This document shows positions 12,928-24,500 of a stretch of DNA of 64,000 bases, piece by piece. Each line of letters opens with the position of its first letter. Position 1 is the first letter of the stretch. The position numbers and the translations under genes were made by a program. The notes under the pieces were generated by a model. That model did not search any database. It was given only the letters and a program-made list of their open reading frames with translations, and was not told the origin of the DNA. The stretch covers positions 85,934,001 through 85,998,000 of the forward strand of contig NC_087437.1 of NCBI RefSeq assembly GCF_036321535.1, read 5' to 3'. This DNA comes from Camelus dromedarius. Taxonomy: Eukaryota.

Positions 12928-13769
12928 CTGAAATAAAAGCAAATAAAAGTATAGCATATTAATGTATAAACAGAATTTAATACATATTTAAACAGCAATG
13001 CAAGTCATCTTGTCACAGGAATTAAGTTTCTTCTTATTGTAACTTTTACATGGTTGCTGCAATTTAATTATCAAAATATCTGGAAATCATTTTCATGAGT
13101 AAGGTTATTATTTTTCTTTTTTATGTGATGATTATATCTCTCTAGAAACATATCATCACATCATCACATTGTACTTCCAAATAACCTCCAAGACTAAGAA
13201 ATCATCACTAATTTGGAAAAAGAATATAAATGACATGAAATCTTGCCCAAGTTAAAAATATTGGGATGGAAAATGTTTGTGTTCAAAGAATGTCTATGAC
13301 AACTGTTGGCAGCACTACAAAGGAAGAAATACTAAGATGTTAAGCTATCAAATAGTTTTATTAGAAGGTTTTACACTTGGAAATTACCATTATCAGCATG
13401 GAGCAGAACTCTCGCCAGCTGCTCTTTCTTGCCAACATAGTGGGTGAACATTCATTTTAAGGTACCGTTTTTTTAATCCACCCAATTACCAGTTTCTGAG
13501 TAGAAAACACAGTAATAAAGAATGGAATATGTATGTATGGGAGTGCAAATACAGTGTTTTCCTACGCTCTCCTACAAATACATAGTCCAGAGTCACAAGG
13601 AGAATTTTCAGTTGGGTTTTAATCACTGAAAGTGACTAAATGAAGAAAAGGACTTTGAATCAAAAAGGTTTAATGAAGTATTTATCACCTTACTGTGGTA
13701 GAATACTTATGCACAATTATTTAGGTGTAGTGAGCAGTGAGCATCAACCTACATATGAAGCAATGCATT

Positions 13770-14280
13770 GTTGTACACTATACTACATTGATTACAAAAA
13801 TTCCCCTCTCTCTGCCTTTGATGGCTTGCCATATAACTTTCAGTGCCCTGTCACTCTGGTGCTGAGCTAAACCATGTGATTTGTTTTGACCAATGGGATG
13901 TTAGCAAACAAGATACAAGTAGAAGGTTGAAAAATGCTTGTGAATTGAGAGTTGTTCTCTTACTACTCCTGGAAACCCCACTATCATCACCTAGTGAAAA
14001 AGCCCAGAGTAGCCTGATGGATGATGAAAAACCACATAGACCAGAGATGAACTGCCCCAAGCCAAGCTATCTTAGACCAGGCAATCCAACAACTAATCCA
14101 GATTACAGATACAAATACGAGCCAAGCAGAGATCAGATGAGCCTGACCACATTAGTAGAACCGCCCAGCTGAGCTCAGCACAAACTGCCAACCCATAGAA
14201 TCATAAGTTAAGTGAATTACTGTGTTTTAAGCCACTAAATTGTAAGATGTTTTATTACAAAGCAAAAATTAATGGATACA
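13770..14280 (+). mobile_element. MaLR solo LTR (MLT1H/I-like)
   Basis: Motifs ccatgtgatttgttttgaccaatgggatgttagca and gaaccgcccagctgagctcagc, ending tgtgttttaagccactaaat...taatggataca. Confidence 0.8.
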
Positions 14281-14337
14281 TATGATTAACAATCTACTGA
14301 TTTTTATAAATTACAGTTTAAAATGCTTGTACATCAA

Positions 14338-14348
14338 CCATCTAGTGG
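14338..14348 (-). promoter_or_regulatory. Possible CTCF core motif
   Basis: CCACTAGATGG on the minus strand, but the following bases (TTG) depart from the consensus CGC/CAG. Motif match only. Confidence 0.2.
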
Positions 14349-15464
14349 ACACTTGCTCTATAAACTGCAAAAGACTGTAGAAATGTTATTTTAATGCAAA
14401 TAAAACTTCATGGATCCCACAATAATTTAAAAATATTTTCCCCATTTCCACTTCATTAAAGAGGCCAAAATGCTGTGTTCTGTAGAAATGAGGATCTTGA
14501 AAGTCTGTATTTGAAATATTCACAATTTTAGGGGTAGCTTCCACAGAAGCTTTAACCATCCAAATATTAATGTATACTTTTTGAGAGTTCTCTAAGTAGA
14601 CAACTAGAGCAGCAAGGAATTCTGGAAACAGACTTTCATGAGCCTTTGGTCAGCAGACCACAAAAGCTACCATTTAAAAGCTGCAAGTAGTATTTGCTTT
14701 ATTTTGTTTCCCTGTTTATGGAAGAGATCTGAATGAAGTGAAATAATATGAATGCAGATGCTTCACACTAAAAAAATGTAGTGGTGTGATCATTTCACTA
14801 GGGTATGTATTTTAGCAGAGTACTGATTCTGAAAACTGTGTTGCTTAGTTGGGAGAAATAATGCTCTTGTAGTAAGCATTTTGACAAATACGTATACATA
14901 CAAAACTTATCTGTTCATAAAGATGTATTTGCATACTTGTCTAAGTGGTAGTTCGAAGGGTATTCAGAGCTGATATGGGGAAGATTGCAGGTAGCTAAAT
15001 GACCAAAGTGAAATGGAGTTGAACTGAACTGAATCTGACAACAGAAGGTAAGTCAGATTGCGGTTATCGTAAGTGTAATGTTACCTAAAAGTGATTAACT
15101 CAAAGTGGATCGATGCAGAGATTTCTAGTGTGTGAACAGAGTTCAAGGCTATACCGTGTGAGTAGAGGTAGAATTTCCTTCAAATCAATGGGAATACCAT
15201 CATTAATATTGCTTTTAATATTACTTGGAAGATGCCAGTGCAAGGATGCAGAAGATTTGGGAGATGGAGCTCATAGTTAAAAGTAACAATAGAGCTTTCT
15301 TTTCATTTGGAGTCTTGTGTTTGGATGGAGCCTGAAATTAAGGTAGCACAGACATGGTAGAGAAAACAGTTTTTGGAGGGAGGAAGGTCAACTGGTGCTC
15401 CCAGATGATATTATCAAGAGAAAAGGTGAAAACACATTTTACAAGCACCTTAAAGACAGGCCTG

Positions 15465-15677
15465 CACCATGATGCTTAGGTCTGGATGGTATAAACTTTC
15501 AGTAATGTTTCTCTTAGTGTACAGCCCTCCGTCTCAAAAACCTTACATAACTGTGCCCTGACTTCCAGTGGGTGGAACAGTTCTTGGAGCTTCCTGAGAT
15601 GCTATTCACAGGTTATAATCCTCAATTTGGCTTGAATAAAATTTTCCATTTCTTTCTTAAAAAACATATAAATAAAT
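15465..15677 (+). mobile_element. ERV1-class LTR U3-R fragment ending in an A-rich tail (retroposed transcript end)
   Basis: TATA-like cttacataac, R-like gagcttcctgagatgct...aggttataatcctc, AATAAA at 15635-15640 and an A-rich tail starting 18 nt later. Degenerate TSD at 15452-15464 and 15678-15690. Confidence 0.65.
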
Positions 15678-16231
15678 AAAAATGGGCCTGGATTTGGTCT
15701 TGAGTGGTGTAAATTAATCTATTGTAATTTTCCCCCAAATCCACATGTTCTTAATAAGTTGTTCGTTAAAACTGCAGTCTATTTGCTGCTTTCACTGTTG
15801 GTAACTGAGAGTTGAGTCTATTCTTTGGATGAAGAACTACAAAGCACACTGATAGCTGAGTGAGCAACTCTCCTAATCCACTGGATTAGGGTAGAACTGA
15901 GGCATGGTATGGAGTCCAGTGGATGGCTTAGGTAAGGAGGAACTGCCAGGAAAACTTTGTGGGACAGGCAAGTATTCTAAAATGTTCAAGGAATGTTTAT
16001 GTTTATAAACAGCATAGAGTGCATTATCATAGATGCCTAGAATTCCTTGTTGAAAATGATCTAGAAGTGTAGTGATTTCACATTTAAAAGAATGATTTTA
16101 ATAACCTACAAGGTATGAAGTTACGAAAGGATTATTCAAATGTATATTAATTTAATTTACAAATCTAGATCAAACTTTATATTTAAAGCTATATTCTGTT
16201 AATGCCATAAGTAAAAAATAAATAAGCAAAC

Positions 16232-16299
16232 AATACCACTTGTATTTCTAATTATTATAGAAAGTGGTAGAAATACCACTTGTATTTCTAATTATTATA
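16232..16299. repeat. Perfect 28-bp direct repeat with a 12-bp inverted-templated spacer
   Basis: aataccacttgtatttctaattattata at 16232-16259 and 16272-16299; spacer gaaagtggtaga. Confidence 0.95.
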
Positions 16300-17234
16300 A
16301 AGAGTATGCTCCAAAACCCAAATAAACATATTTGATCACATCATTCAGGGATAAATTCTTCTACTTTCAGTCCACAAAACCCTCTTCAATCCTCCCAAGA
16401 CCTAGGTCCTAGAATCTTAGAGCCTAAGCCTGAACTCCTTTAAGTCCAGAAACTTCAGTTTCCCAATTACTCTAACCTTAAACTCTGAGCTGCTTTGAGC
16501 CCGAGACCTCTCTTCACTCAGATCCTGAGATGTAAGATCGAACTTCTGACTTTTAATAACAAAGAGAATTATTTTATCAAAAAGGTAGAGTGCCCCCAAA
16601 TAAATCACATAGCACTATCATGCACTGAAAATGACAAGGGTATTTTATCAGAACTAGCTTTTCCTTAGGGCTTGATTCATGTGGAAAAAGGAGATTGTGG
16701 GGCAGGAAAGCAGTGTTTAGTGACAGAAACTCTTATTTCCTTCCTATTTGAGTAAGATTGTTTAACATAGTCCTGAGAAATGTATCTTTTGTTAAAGTCC
16801 CAAACTGTACTCCAAATACACTATTAACCTAAGTGTGACCTCATTGCTAATCATTTATGCCTGTCTTTAAGGGCTATGCTTTTTAAGGACAGTTTTTGAT
16901 CTTTTGATATGTTAATTTAATGTTTTGTAATTTCCTTTTGGTAATGTTGCCCTTTTGTACATTGGAGTGCTAATTACTGAAATGGTGTTTTATTTAAGAG
17001 GATATTTTCAGATAAGAAACACCTTAACTGAATATTTCAAGCCTGTGCATCTCTTTGTTACTTTTCTAGAGGTCACCACTCCTTCCATCACTGAAGTAAA
17101 CAGCAACGTGGGTAATACCCAAGGGCATCACTTCTTCGTACACTAATTCTTGTTCATGATTATGATCAAAATACCAAGGAAAATAAATAAATAATTTAAA
17201 GGGTGGGTAGTTTTAAAATATAAGGATATTATAG

Positions 17235-17415
17235 GCAGAGTACAGTTTGGATCATAATCTAAGACTTCTTGGGTCTAATCCTTATCCTGAGTCTAACAAG
17301 ATGTTTAATGTTGATCAAGCCATGTAATCATTATGGACCTTACTGTCATCTCTGTAAAATCAGTAGGTTATACTAAGACTATAATCACTTTGCTTCTAAA
17401 GTACTACAATTTATG
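17235..17415 (+). mobile_element. MIR3/MIRc-like SINE, degenerate
   Basis: cttgggtctaatcc...caagccatgtaatc...catctctgtaaaat...ggttatactaag follows the order of the MIR core. Confidence 0.5.
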
Positions 17416-17549
17416 GTATAAATTGTCAGCTCCTCAAACTCTAAGCAATAAACCCTTCTGACTTCTGAAAGGTATAGCAAAGGATTAGCAGAATTTCTAA
17501 TAATAAGAACATCTCATTTATAGAAGTTTATATAAAAGAAAAGAATGAT

Positions 17550-17945
17550 AGACTTAGATACATGACTCTTTTTGTTCAGCTGCAGAGAATGGAGTCAACA
17601 GACAGCCCCCAGCTGACAGCACATTCCAGTTCCAAGAACCTGTCCATGTCAGCTACAGAGAGCCATCTTGCTCAAGGACACATCCTCCTAAGACAGCCCA
17701 CATCCAGCAATGGGGGAGATGGTGGCCCAACATCCCAGCAGGGAGCACCCCCATGAGCAATTACACTCTCCAGAACTCTTCACTGGACAGACTGCAGCTT
17801 TGTTAGCCCTACCTCAAAGTTCATCTTTCTCTTTTCCATTCTGCACCATTCTTCCACTTTTTTTGCATGAGTATAGATCCCCAATAAACACTTGTAACAC
17901 AAATTCCAACTAAGCATCTACTTCCAAAGAACTTAACTTGGGAAG
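17550..17945 (+). mobile_element. ERVL solo LTR (LTR16-like)
   Basis: gctacagagagccatcttgctcaaggacaca and gcagcccacatcca-like motif; 3' end cccaataaacacttgtaacacaaattcc...catctacttccaaagaacttaac. Confidence 0.7.
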
Positions 17946-18337
17946 AGCCAACCAGTCCATCCATAAAAGGTGGGTTATACTCTTAGTACAATATTCTATG
18001 CCTTCAGAAGTTCATGTCAATTCCAGAGCCCAAGGGTAAGAACTCAACAGGAGTAATGTTCAAAAGGCCTATTTTTGCTATAAATGTTCAGACTATAATT
18101 TAGTATTATGGATTACCCTCCTAAGTGTAAATCAGATTCCAGGATTCATCTACATTAGAGAGATCAGGAGGAACCCTAATTCAAAGCTAATTCCCCAAAG
18201 CTTCTCTAAAGAAATTAGAACTAATAGGTTCTAGGCCTTGGGGAAAACTCCAGGTGTAGTAAATTACTAGAGTGAGTACCTTTTCATGCCTTGCACATCA
18301 CAACTAGTCCAATCCTAAAAGCAAAGACAGGGGTCCA

Positions 18338-18366
18338 GTTGTTTGTTTGTTTGTTTGTTTGTTTTT
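18338..18366. repeat. (GTTT)n microsatellite
   Basis: gttgtttgtttgtttgtttgtttgttttt read directly. Confidence 0.9.
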
Positions 18367-18756
18367 GAGAGAAGTGAGTGAAGTGTGATCCTTTCTTTTG
18401 AGGCACTAAGTTGACCTATTAATATTAACATCTTGAGTTATGTGAAACTTCTGAAATATTTTGCCTTGATTACAGAATATTCAGCACCTACCTTAAGTAG
18501 GCATGCGTGTGTGCCTTTATAGAGGCATACTTTGCATGCACATTGTCAAAACTTAGAACAATGAGAATTCAGTAACTTGCGGAAAGTTCCCCATACTAGC
18601 CACTAGGAGAAAAAGGGTCTTCTGGCATTTTCCTCAGGATCATCTTATAAATCTGTACAATAGAGGTCAGAAAAACATTTTACTGCTAGTAATAGTCTTG
18701 TGAATAGAAGTGTTAACTATAGGGATAATCAGTTCTAAACTATCCACTTTGTAGTG

Positions 18757-19223
18757 TGATGACAAATTGAAATGATAATGGATTAATCACAGTTCAAGCA
18801 TGGAAAGTTAGAGTCCAGCAGCCATTGAGAATCTGGTTTCAGACACGTCCCAGCACCACTGAGAAACTGAACTTTCTGTGAACTGTACCTAACCCAGGGA
18901 CACCAGCTGTTTTTAATACATCTGCTAGCTGCAACTCTGTGTCTCAAGATTGTTCCTCCTTGTAACTATGCAACCATTTTGGACCCCAACCAATCTTCAC
19001 TTAACAAGCACGCTTACCACTCCAATTTTTGATAAACAACTCATGTAACTAATTGTAACCTTGCAGTTTTTGCCTTTATATGCCTCCCTCATTTTGTAGT
19101 CCAGCAGAACATAATTTAAATGCTTATTGAATCTGTATCTCCTCAGCTGTAGTCCTGAGACCCCTCCACCCAAAACACATTTTTATTTCAATCAGTTCTC
19201 TGTTTCTCAAATTTTGGTTAACA
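18757..19223 (+). mobile_element. ERV1-class solo LTR (MER34-like)
   Basis: CCAAT box (aaccaatc), tgtaacc...gtttttgcctttata TATA region, gaatctgtatctcc..gctgtagtcct R region and terminal ggttaaca. The 5' boundary is uncertain and there is no clean TSD. Confidence 0.65.
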
Positions 19224-20106
19224 AATACGATACAACTAGACAGAAAACTGTAAAAGTTAACTCCAAAATCTCTCACCAGTTTTGAAGTGTTACACTATTC
19301 TAAATAAAAATAATTTAAAGTTTAAAAATAACAACAAATAAACAAGCAAACAAAAACCTTCACCAGAGAGTCCCTGCTCTTGGCATAACATCAAATAATG
19401 GAATCAGAACTTCAACTCTAAGCCTGAACCAATGTTTCCGATTTAACATCCATGATGTTTGGTCAATGACCCAGGAATCTTCTTACCTGTATCTCCCAAA
19501 CAATTTCTACCCTTGAGCTGTTTTAATTGAAGTTTATCAACTGAAACAGAAGTTACCTGAGATAATGATTTTATTACCACTCTAAATCCTCAACTAAATT
19601 TTCATTTTAATAGCATTTAATATTGTAATAACATTTAATGTTAATTTAATGTTGTTTAATGTGGCCACCTTCCATGACATTTTTCTAGCAAACTTTGATA
19701 TTTTTAGAATTACTCAAAATTTTAACATAAGAAAAAGTGATATTATGCTAAAATGCATTAGGGTCAAAAGATTGAATGCTATATTTCAAATGTGATGAAG
19801 CTCCTGACTTTATGTAGATATTTTCTTTTTTCCTCACATAATTTTGTCCCATATTTCTATTCAAATCATCTAAAACAAAGGTTTTGAAAGCGATTGCCTT
19901 TTCTGGTTTCAAGGACATACCCCAACATTCCTAATACAATTTGGAACCTCTGAAATTCACCAAGAAGTTGCATTATTAGTCCATTAGTATTCTGTTTTTA
20001 AATATCATCCCTTGGAGCAATGAAGTATGTACCTCCTGTACATCAGACTTAAATATTCTATTCTCATGCCACATACCCTTATGGGAGAAAAAAAATTATA
20101 TCTTAA

Positions 20107-20142
20107 TATACACACACACATACACACACATACATACATATA
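20107..20142. repeat. Interrupted (CA)n/(CATA)n microsatellite
   Basis: tatacacacacacatacacacacatacatacata read directly. Confidence 0.85.
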
Positions 20143-20349
20143 TTAAGGAAATGAGCCCAGTGAAGTTAATGTTCTGTTCAAGGTATATATTTATTTACAT
20201 ATATATTTAAGTAAATATGTGTTTATAAACATGACAAACCAAAAATAGCTTCTTCTAGCAGCTGAATAAGCGCTGGATAAGTCAGTACATCCACATCATG
20301 CAATTACTGAACACCTATGGCATGTAAGGCAGTGGACTGATACTCAGAG

Positions 20350-20490
20350 GGCTCTGTAACTACTTCTACGGTCTTGATTCTGCCACCAACTCTCCAAGCA
20401 TCTAGAATAGGATCTTAACCTACACTGGGTTTCAGTTTTCTCAATGATGAAGGAAGAGGACTGGGCCAGACAATCAGCTCTAGCATCCCG
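20350..20490 (+). mobile_element. MIR/MIR3 fragment
   Basis: tcttgattctgccaccaact...cttaacct...gtttcagttttctca...gaggactgggccaga. Confidence 0.5.
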
Positions 20491-22009
20491 TGGACCTGTG
20501 CCTCTCTTGTGAACAAAATCACAGCAACATAGCTGATATTCTGGCTTTAAAAGCAGACTGAACTCATATGAAATGGAAAACAATAATGTATATAAAGTGC
20601 TAATCTGTATGACACAGTGTGAGAATAGTGAGGACCTTAAATGTCAGGAAAAGCTGTTTAGAAAACACAAGTGGTATTCCAATAGGCATGATGAACAGAA
20701 GAGATTTCCCATCAGGGCACATGACATGAGGACAGGGGACACTAAAGGCTGATGCACAAGAAGGTACAGGTCTCACTGCCTCAAGGGATGATATTTAAAA
20801 ACAGAGTAATCATGTCAAGAATGTTAAGGTTTATCTTTGAAATAAGAAAAGGCAAATTTCTTTCAAAATCCTTGTTTAAAATGACTTGAATAGAAATAGA
20901 GGGCAAAAGTAAGATAGACAAAGTTAATATTTTACAGGATCCTGCCATTTTTCCTTAAACAGACCTTTGAATTCAAACACAAAGAAAAAGGCACCTAGCA
21001 TCATCTCCAAATTTACTTTCTTGTTGAAAATACCAGGTCTGCAGGACCAAACCATATATATATACAAATTTTGCTTATATTCACTTTGCTTTGTCACATG
21101 AGCAGGAACAACTTGTGTGCAAAAGGCAATAAAGATAATTACCCCAGGTCTAGTCTGAGCTGATAAGATGACAGCCCTTTCAGTCCCACTAGGCCAACTT
21201 GCTGGGGAGCAGAGTGATTCCTGTAAAAGAAACATCAGAGTTCTATCATCCCATTTCCTTAGAGCATCCTTGCCAGACGGTTAAGGAGCTTGATTTTGCA
21301 CAAGAGATGATATTCAAGAGACAGAGCAAGGCAGCCTTGAGGCTTGAAGGTACATTAGGTTGAAATATGTGAAATTGCTTGGCTTCTACCACTGAATGGC
21401 TTCTGAGGCCAGGTAGAGTTAAGTGTCAACTTCTTGTTGCAAAGTAATACACCTGCCCTGGGGCACCAGGCAGGTTATGACCTGTAAAATCTGCTCCAGT
21501 TCCCTAAAAAGAAGCCTGCTATTTAGAAAGCACTCTTGCCAGGAGTGTGCTCTACCATATGGACTAAAACACACTTAAGAGACAATTTTTATCGGCAAGC
21601 TAACTGGGGAAGGCTTGATGCCCCTCTGTGTGGTTTATGCAATCACTGCCCCAAGAATCATTTGTGAATGAATGGCTGTGTCATTTGCATGATCTGCCCA
21701 ATATATTCAGACTCATGTTCTTCCTTTCAACCCTCACCTAGTTCCCTACTCACTGATTCCACATACACCTAATCTAAACTACCCAATAACGTCTAGAAAG
21801 ACCCATTTGGATTCTTCAATCATTGATAGGCATGGCTTTTCTTTTGAAGGCACACACATTCAGTGTTTGGAGATGCTCATCTGAGAGACTGGAAGATTGA
21901 TTGCAAGTATGTTCCTCCATATGCTAGGGTAGCAACTGAAGGCAACTTACATCTAGAGCATCCATGCCATTTTAGTGAAATTCTACTACTGAAGTGGAAG
22001 ATGACACAG

Positions 22010-22695
22010 TGTTGTGACAGAAGGAGCACTGGACTGGGAATAACATGAACGGAGTCCAACTTTGGAATGTACCAGCTATGACGTTTGTAGAAGTTATGAG
22101 GGGAAGCAGAATACACCACTCCAGAATGTGCCACTTTGGCATGTGGATTATTTCAAGCTGAAGATAACTGGAGCCCAGCAGACTCAGTAAGAGCTTTTTA
22201 CCTCCCTTTTAACTGCCTAAAAGAATTTACATAGGGGACCTGTACCAGGAAGAGAGCTATTACCAGGAATACCTTTTTATAGCAGAAAGACTTATCTGCA
22301 TGACATGGCAACATTTGTTCACCTAACATTTGCTCTTCCCGGCTTCCTATGAATTGTCTTCCTTCCCTTTGAGGCCCCAGGCCTCTATTCCCTTCTCCTT
22401 AGCTCAGGATGGTATACGAGTCTCAATTACCTGACTGCTTGAGAGTTTCTTACTTTCATGGGGTTTCCACACATATGAAATTTCTTTTTCTCCTGTTAAT
22501 CTGTCTTATGTCAGTTTAATTATTAGGCCAGCCAATGAAGCTAGTGGGGAAGAAGGGAAAAGTTTCCCATCCCTACAGTTACATTGGCTGCCATTTAATC
22601 TGCAAAATGAATAATATCTGTCCCACCACCTGGCTCCCAGGCATGTTAATAGGATCAAAATAAAATTATAAACACAAACTCCTTGCAAACTTCAA
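22010..22695 (+). mobile_element. MIR split in two (22010-22096 and 22582-22695) by an LTR
   Basis: 5' half gagcactggactgggaa...aagtta; 3' half atctgcaaaatgaataatatctg...aggatcaaaat...ctccttgcaaact. Confidence 0.55.
22097..22577 (+). mobile_element. Complete ERV1 (MER4-group-like) solo LTR, 481 bp, with 4-bp TSD
   Basis: TG...CA termini (tgagggg...ccctaca) and a perfect TSD GTTA at 22093-22096 and 22578-22581. Carries the cagaatacaccactccagaatgtgccactttggcat head and ctcctgttaatctgtcttatgtcagtttaatt tail. Confidence 0.9.
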
Positions 22696-22713
22696 ATATA
22701 GATTGATACATAA

Positions 22714-22748
22714 ATAGATAGATCGATCGATAGACAGACAGACAGACA
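22714..22748. repeat. (TAGA)n/(CAGA)n compound microsatellite
   Basis: atagatagatcgatcgatagacagacagacagaca read directly. Confidence 0.85.
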
Positions 22749-23790
22749 TTATTATTACATTTGAGTTTTAACTAGGCCTGAATGTAACATTCCTTCACCT
22801 AAACTTCTAGAAAACTGATCATTACCATTCATCCAGTTGAAATTTATAGATCTGAATTCTAATGCTATGCTTTATTCATTTCATTAAAATATATCAAAAC
22901 CCTACCCTGTGCCACATTGTAAGAGCAAGTTCCCACCACATGGAGAATAGAGCTTGGTATCCAAACTTTTTTTTAAACTTTTCAAGTGTTCGAGCCTTAA
23001 TCCAGCATCCATGCAATAAGTACCTATCTGCCTTGCACATAGTAGGTGCTTAACACATCATTTTTATTTGAACACCTGATTTTTGCCTGTCATTTATCAC
23101 AGTCAATTAGGCAACTGATGGCTAGCAATAGGAATGATCTGAGCATTAAAATAATAATAATAATAAGCTCTTGTGTTAAGAGGCCCTTTCCAGGCCTACC
23201 ACACTCAGTTCCTGCTGGTTTTATATAACAGGAAAATGACAACACATGCATAATAAAGACTGGTTGTACTTTCACCCCTGCAATGCATGTGGAATACCTA
23301 GTCATTATCACACGACCCATGGATAAGGAGCAAGAAAGAGCTGCTGTCATAAACAAACTACACCTGGAGCAAAATGATCAGAGAAACTGGAAGTATTTTT
23401 CATGATTACACAGGTAGTTTCAAAATGAGGTGGTTGAGGTGAAAGAAATTTGAGTAGCTGCTATTTGGAGGCACTGGAGACTTGGCAGAACTTCTTCCAG
23501 GCCAGGCTGAACATCTTTACCCCTCAGAGCACAATTCCCTTGGGAAATGGGAATTTTGCAAGCCATGCCCACTGCACTGCTGCCATCATATACCTGCTGA
23601 AAATGTATCACTTGAGTTTATGGCAGTAAAACATAACCTTTACCAGACTTTAACAGAACTCCTTTCTGCTGAGGTTTAAATCCAGTCGCTGAAAGACTAA
23701 CTCAGCAAACAGAGTGTGCATTGACAATAATAATCCTTGGATAATAAAAAGTTAAGCAGTGAGGCAGAAGAACCTTCACAGAACTCAGCA

Positions 23791-23895
23791 CATTCATTCA
23801 TTCATTCACTCATTCATTCATCAGATAATTTTGAGTTTTAGGCAACCTGCCAGAGGTAGGGGATACAATGATGCAGGAGATGTATGGTCTTGCCA
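23791..23895 (-). mobile_element. LINE-2 3' end with (CATT)n tail
   Basis: cattcattcattcattcactcattcattca followed by tgccag...ggggatacaatgatg...atggtcttgcc. Confidence 0.65.
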
Positions 23896-24169
23896 AAATG
23901 GAGCCACCATTATAGCTCATTATTACAAAAATTCATATTTGGTACTTGTTGGATTATAATTCCTAAAATATGTAGACATGCTATAAACCTGACAATCTGG
24001 TATTTTATCAGAGTCAATGCCAGGAGAAAGAGAAGGTAAATAAGGGAAGTGAATATTTAATCCAGGTGGTGTCACTTACAAGTTCTTGAAAATCATTTAA
24101 TTCTTACCAAATCAATTTTTTTGCCAAATCAGTTTTTTCATGTTTAAGATATGGACTATTGTGTTATGG

Positions 24170-24500
24170 AAATTTTATGTAAAATTCTTAGTGCATAGTA
24201 GTGCCTCAATAAATGATAGGTATTGTTATTGAATATCTATATTCTAGATGTTTTGCACATCTTAACTTACATAACCACTCCCCCAAAGCACTACACACAA
24301 AAATACATGAGAATGTAAGATGTGTTACAGCAAAGACTATCTCTTTTGTCTCCTGCTGGATCCCCTAGTCCCTAGAAAGGGTTCTGGCCATAGTGAGGCC
24401 AGAAAATTATGTCTAGTGAGTAAATAATTGAAAAATAAGATGGGATGTATTGACTTCATTTCAAAGCTGAGAAAGTTGAAGACTCCAAAGATCTCATGAT
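24170..24500. mobile_element. Cluster of MIR and L2 3' fragments
   Basis: MIR tail catagtagtgcctcaataaatgatagg; L2 tail gaatgtaag...cccctagtccctagaaagggttctggccatagt; antisense MIR core cttcatttcaaagctgagaaagttgaagact. Confidence 0.5.

Noticed and set aside
16232..16299. CRISPR-like repeat-spacer-repeat (also the 24-mer at 33623-33679)
   Set aside because: Only two copies, a 12-bp self-derived spacer, a mammalian context and no cas genes.
16400..16550. Possible RS-domain pseudogene or degenerate hexamer repeat
   Set aside because: No sustained RS reading frame and no consistent period.
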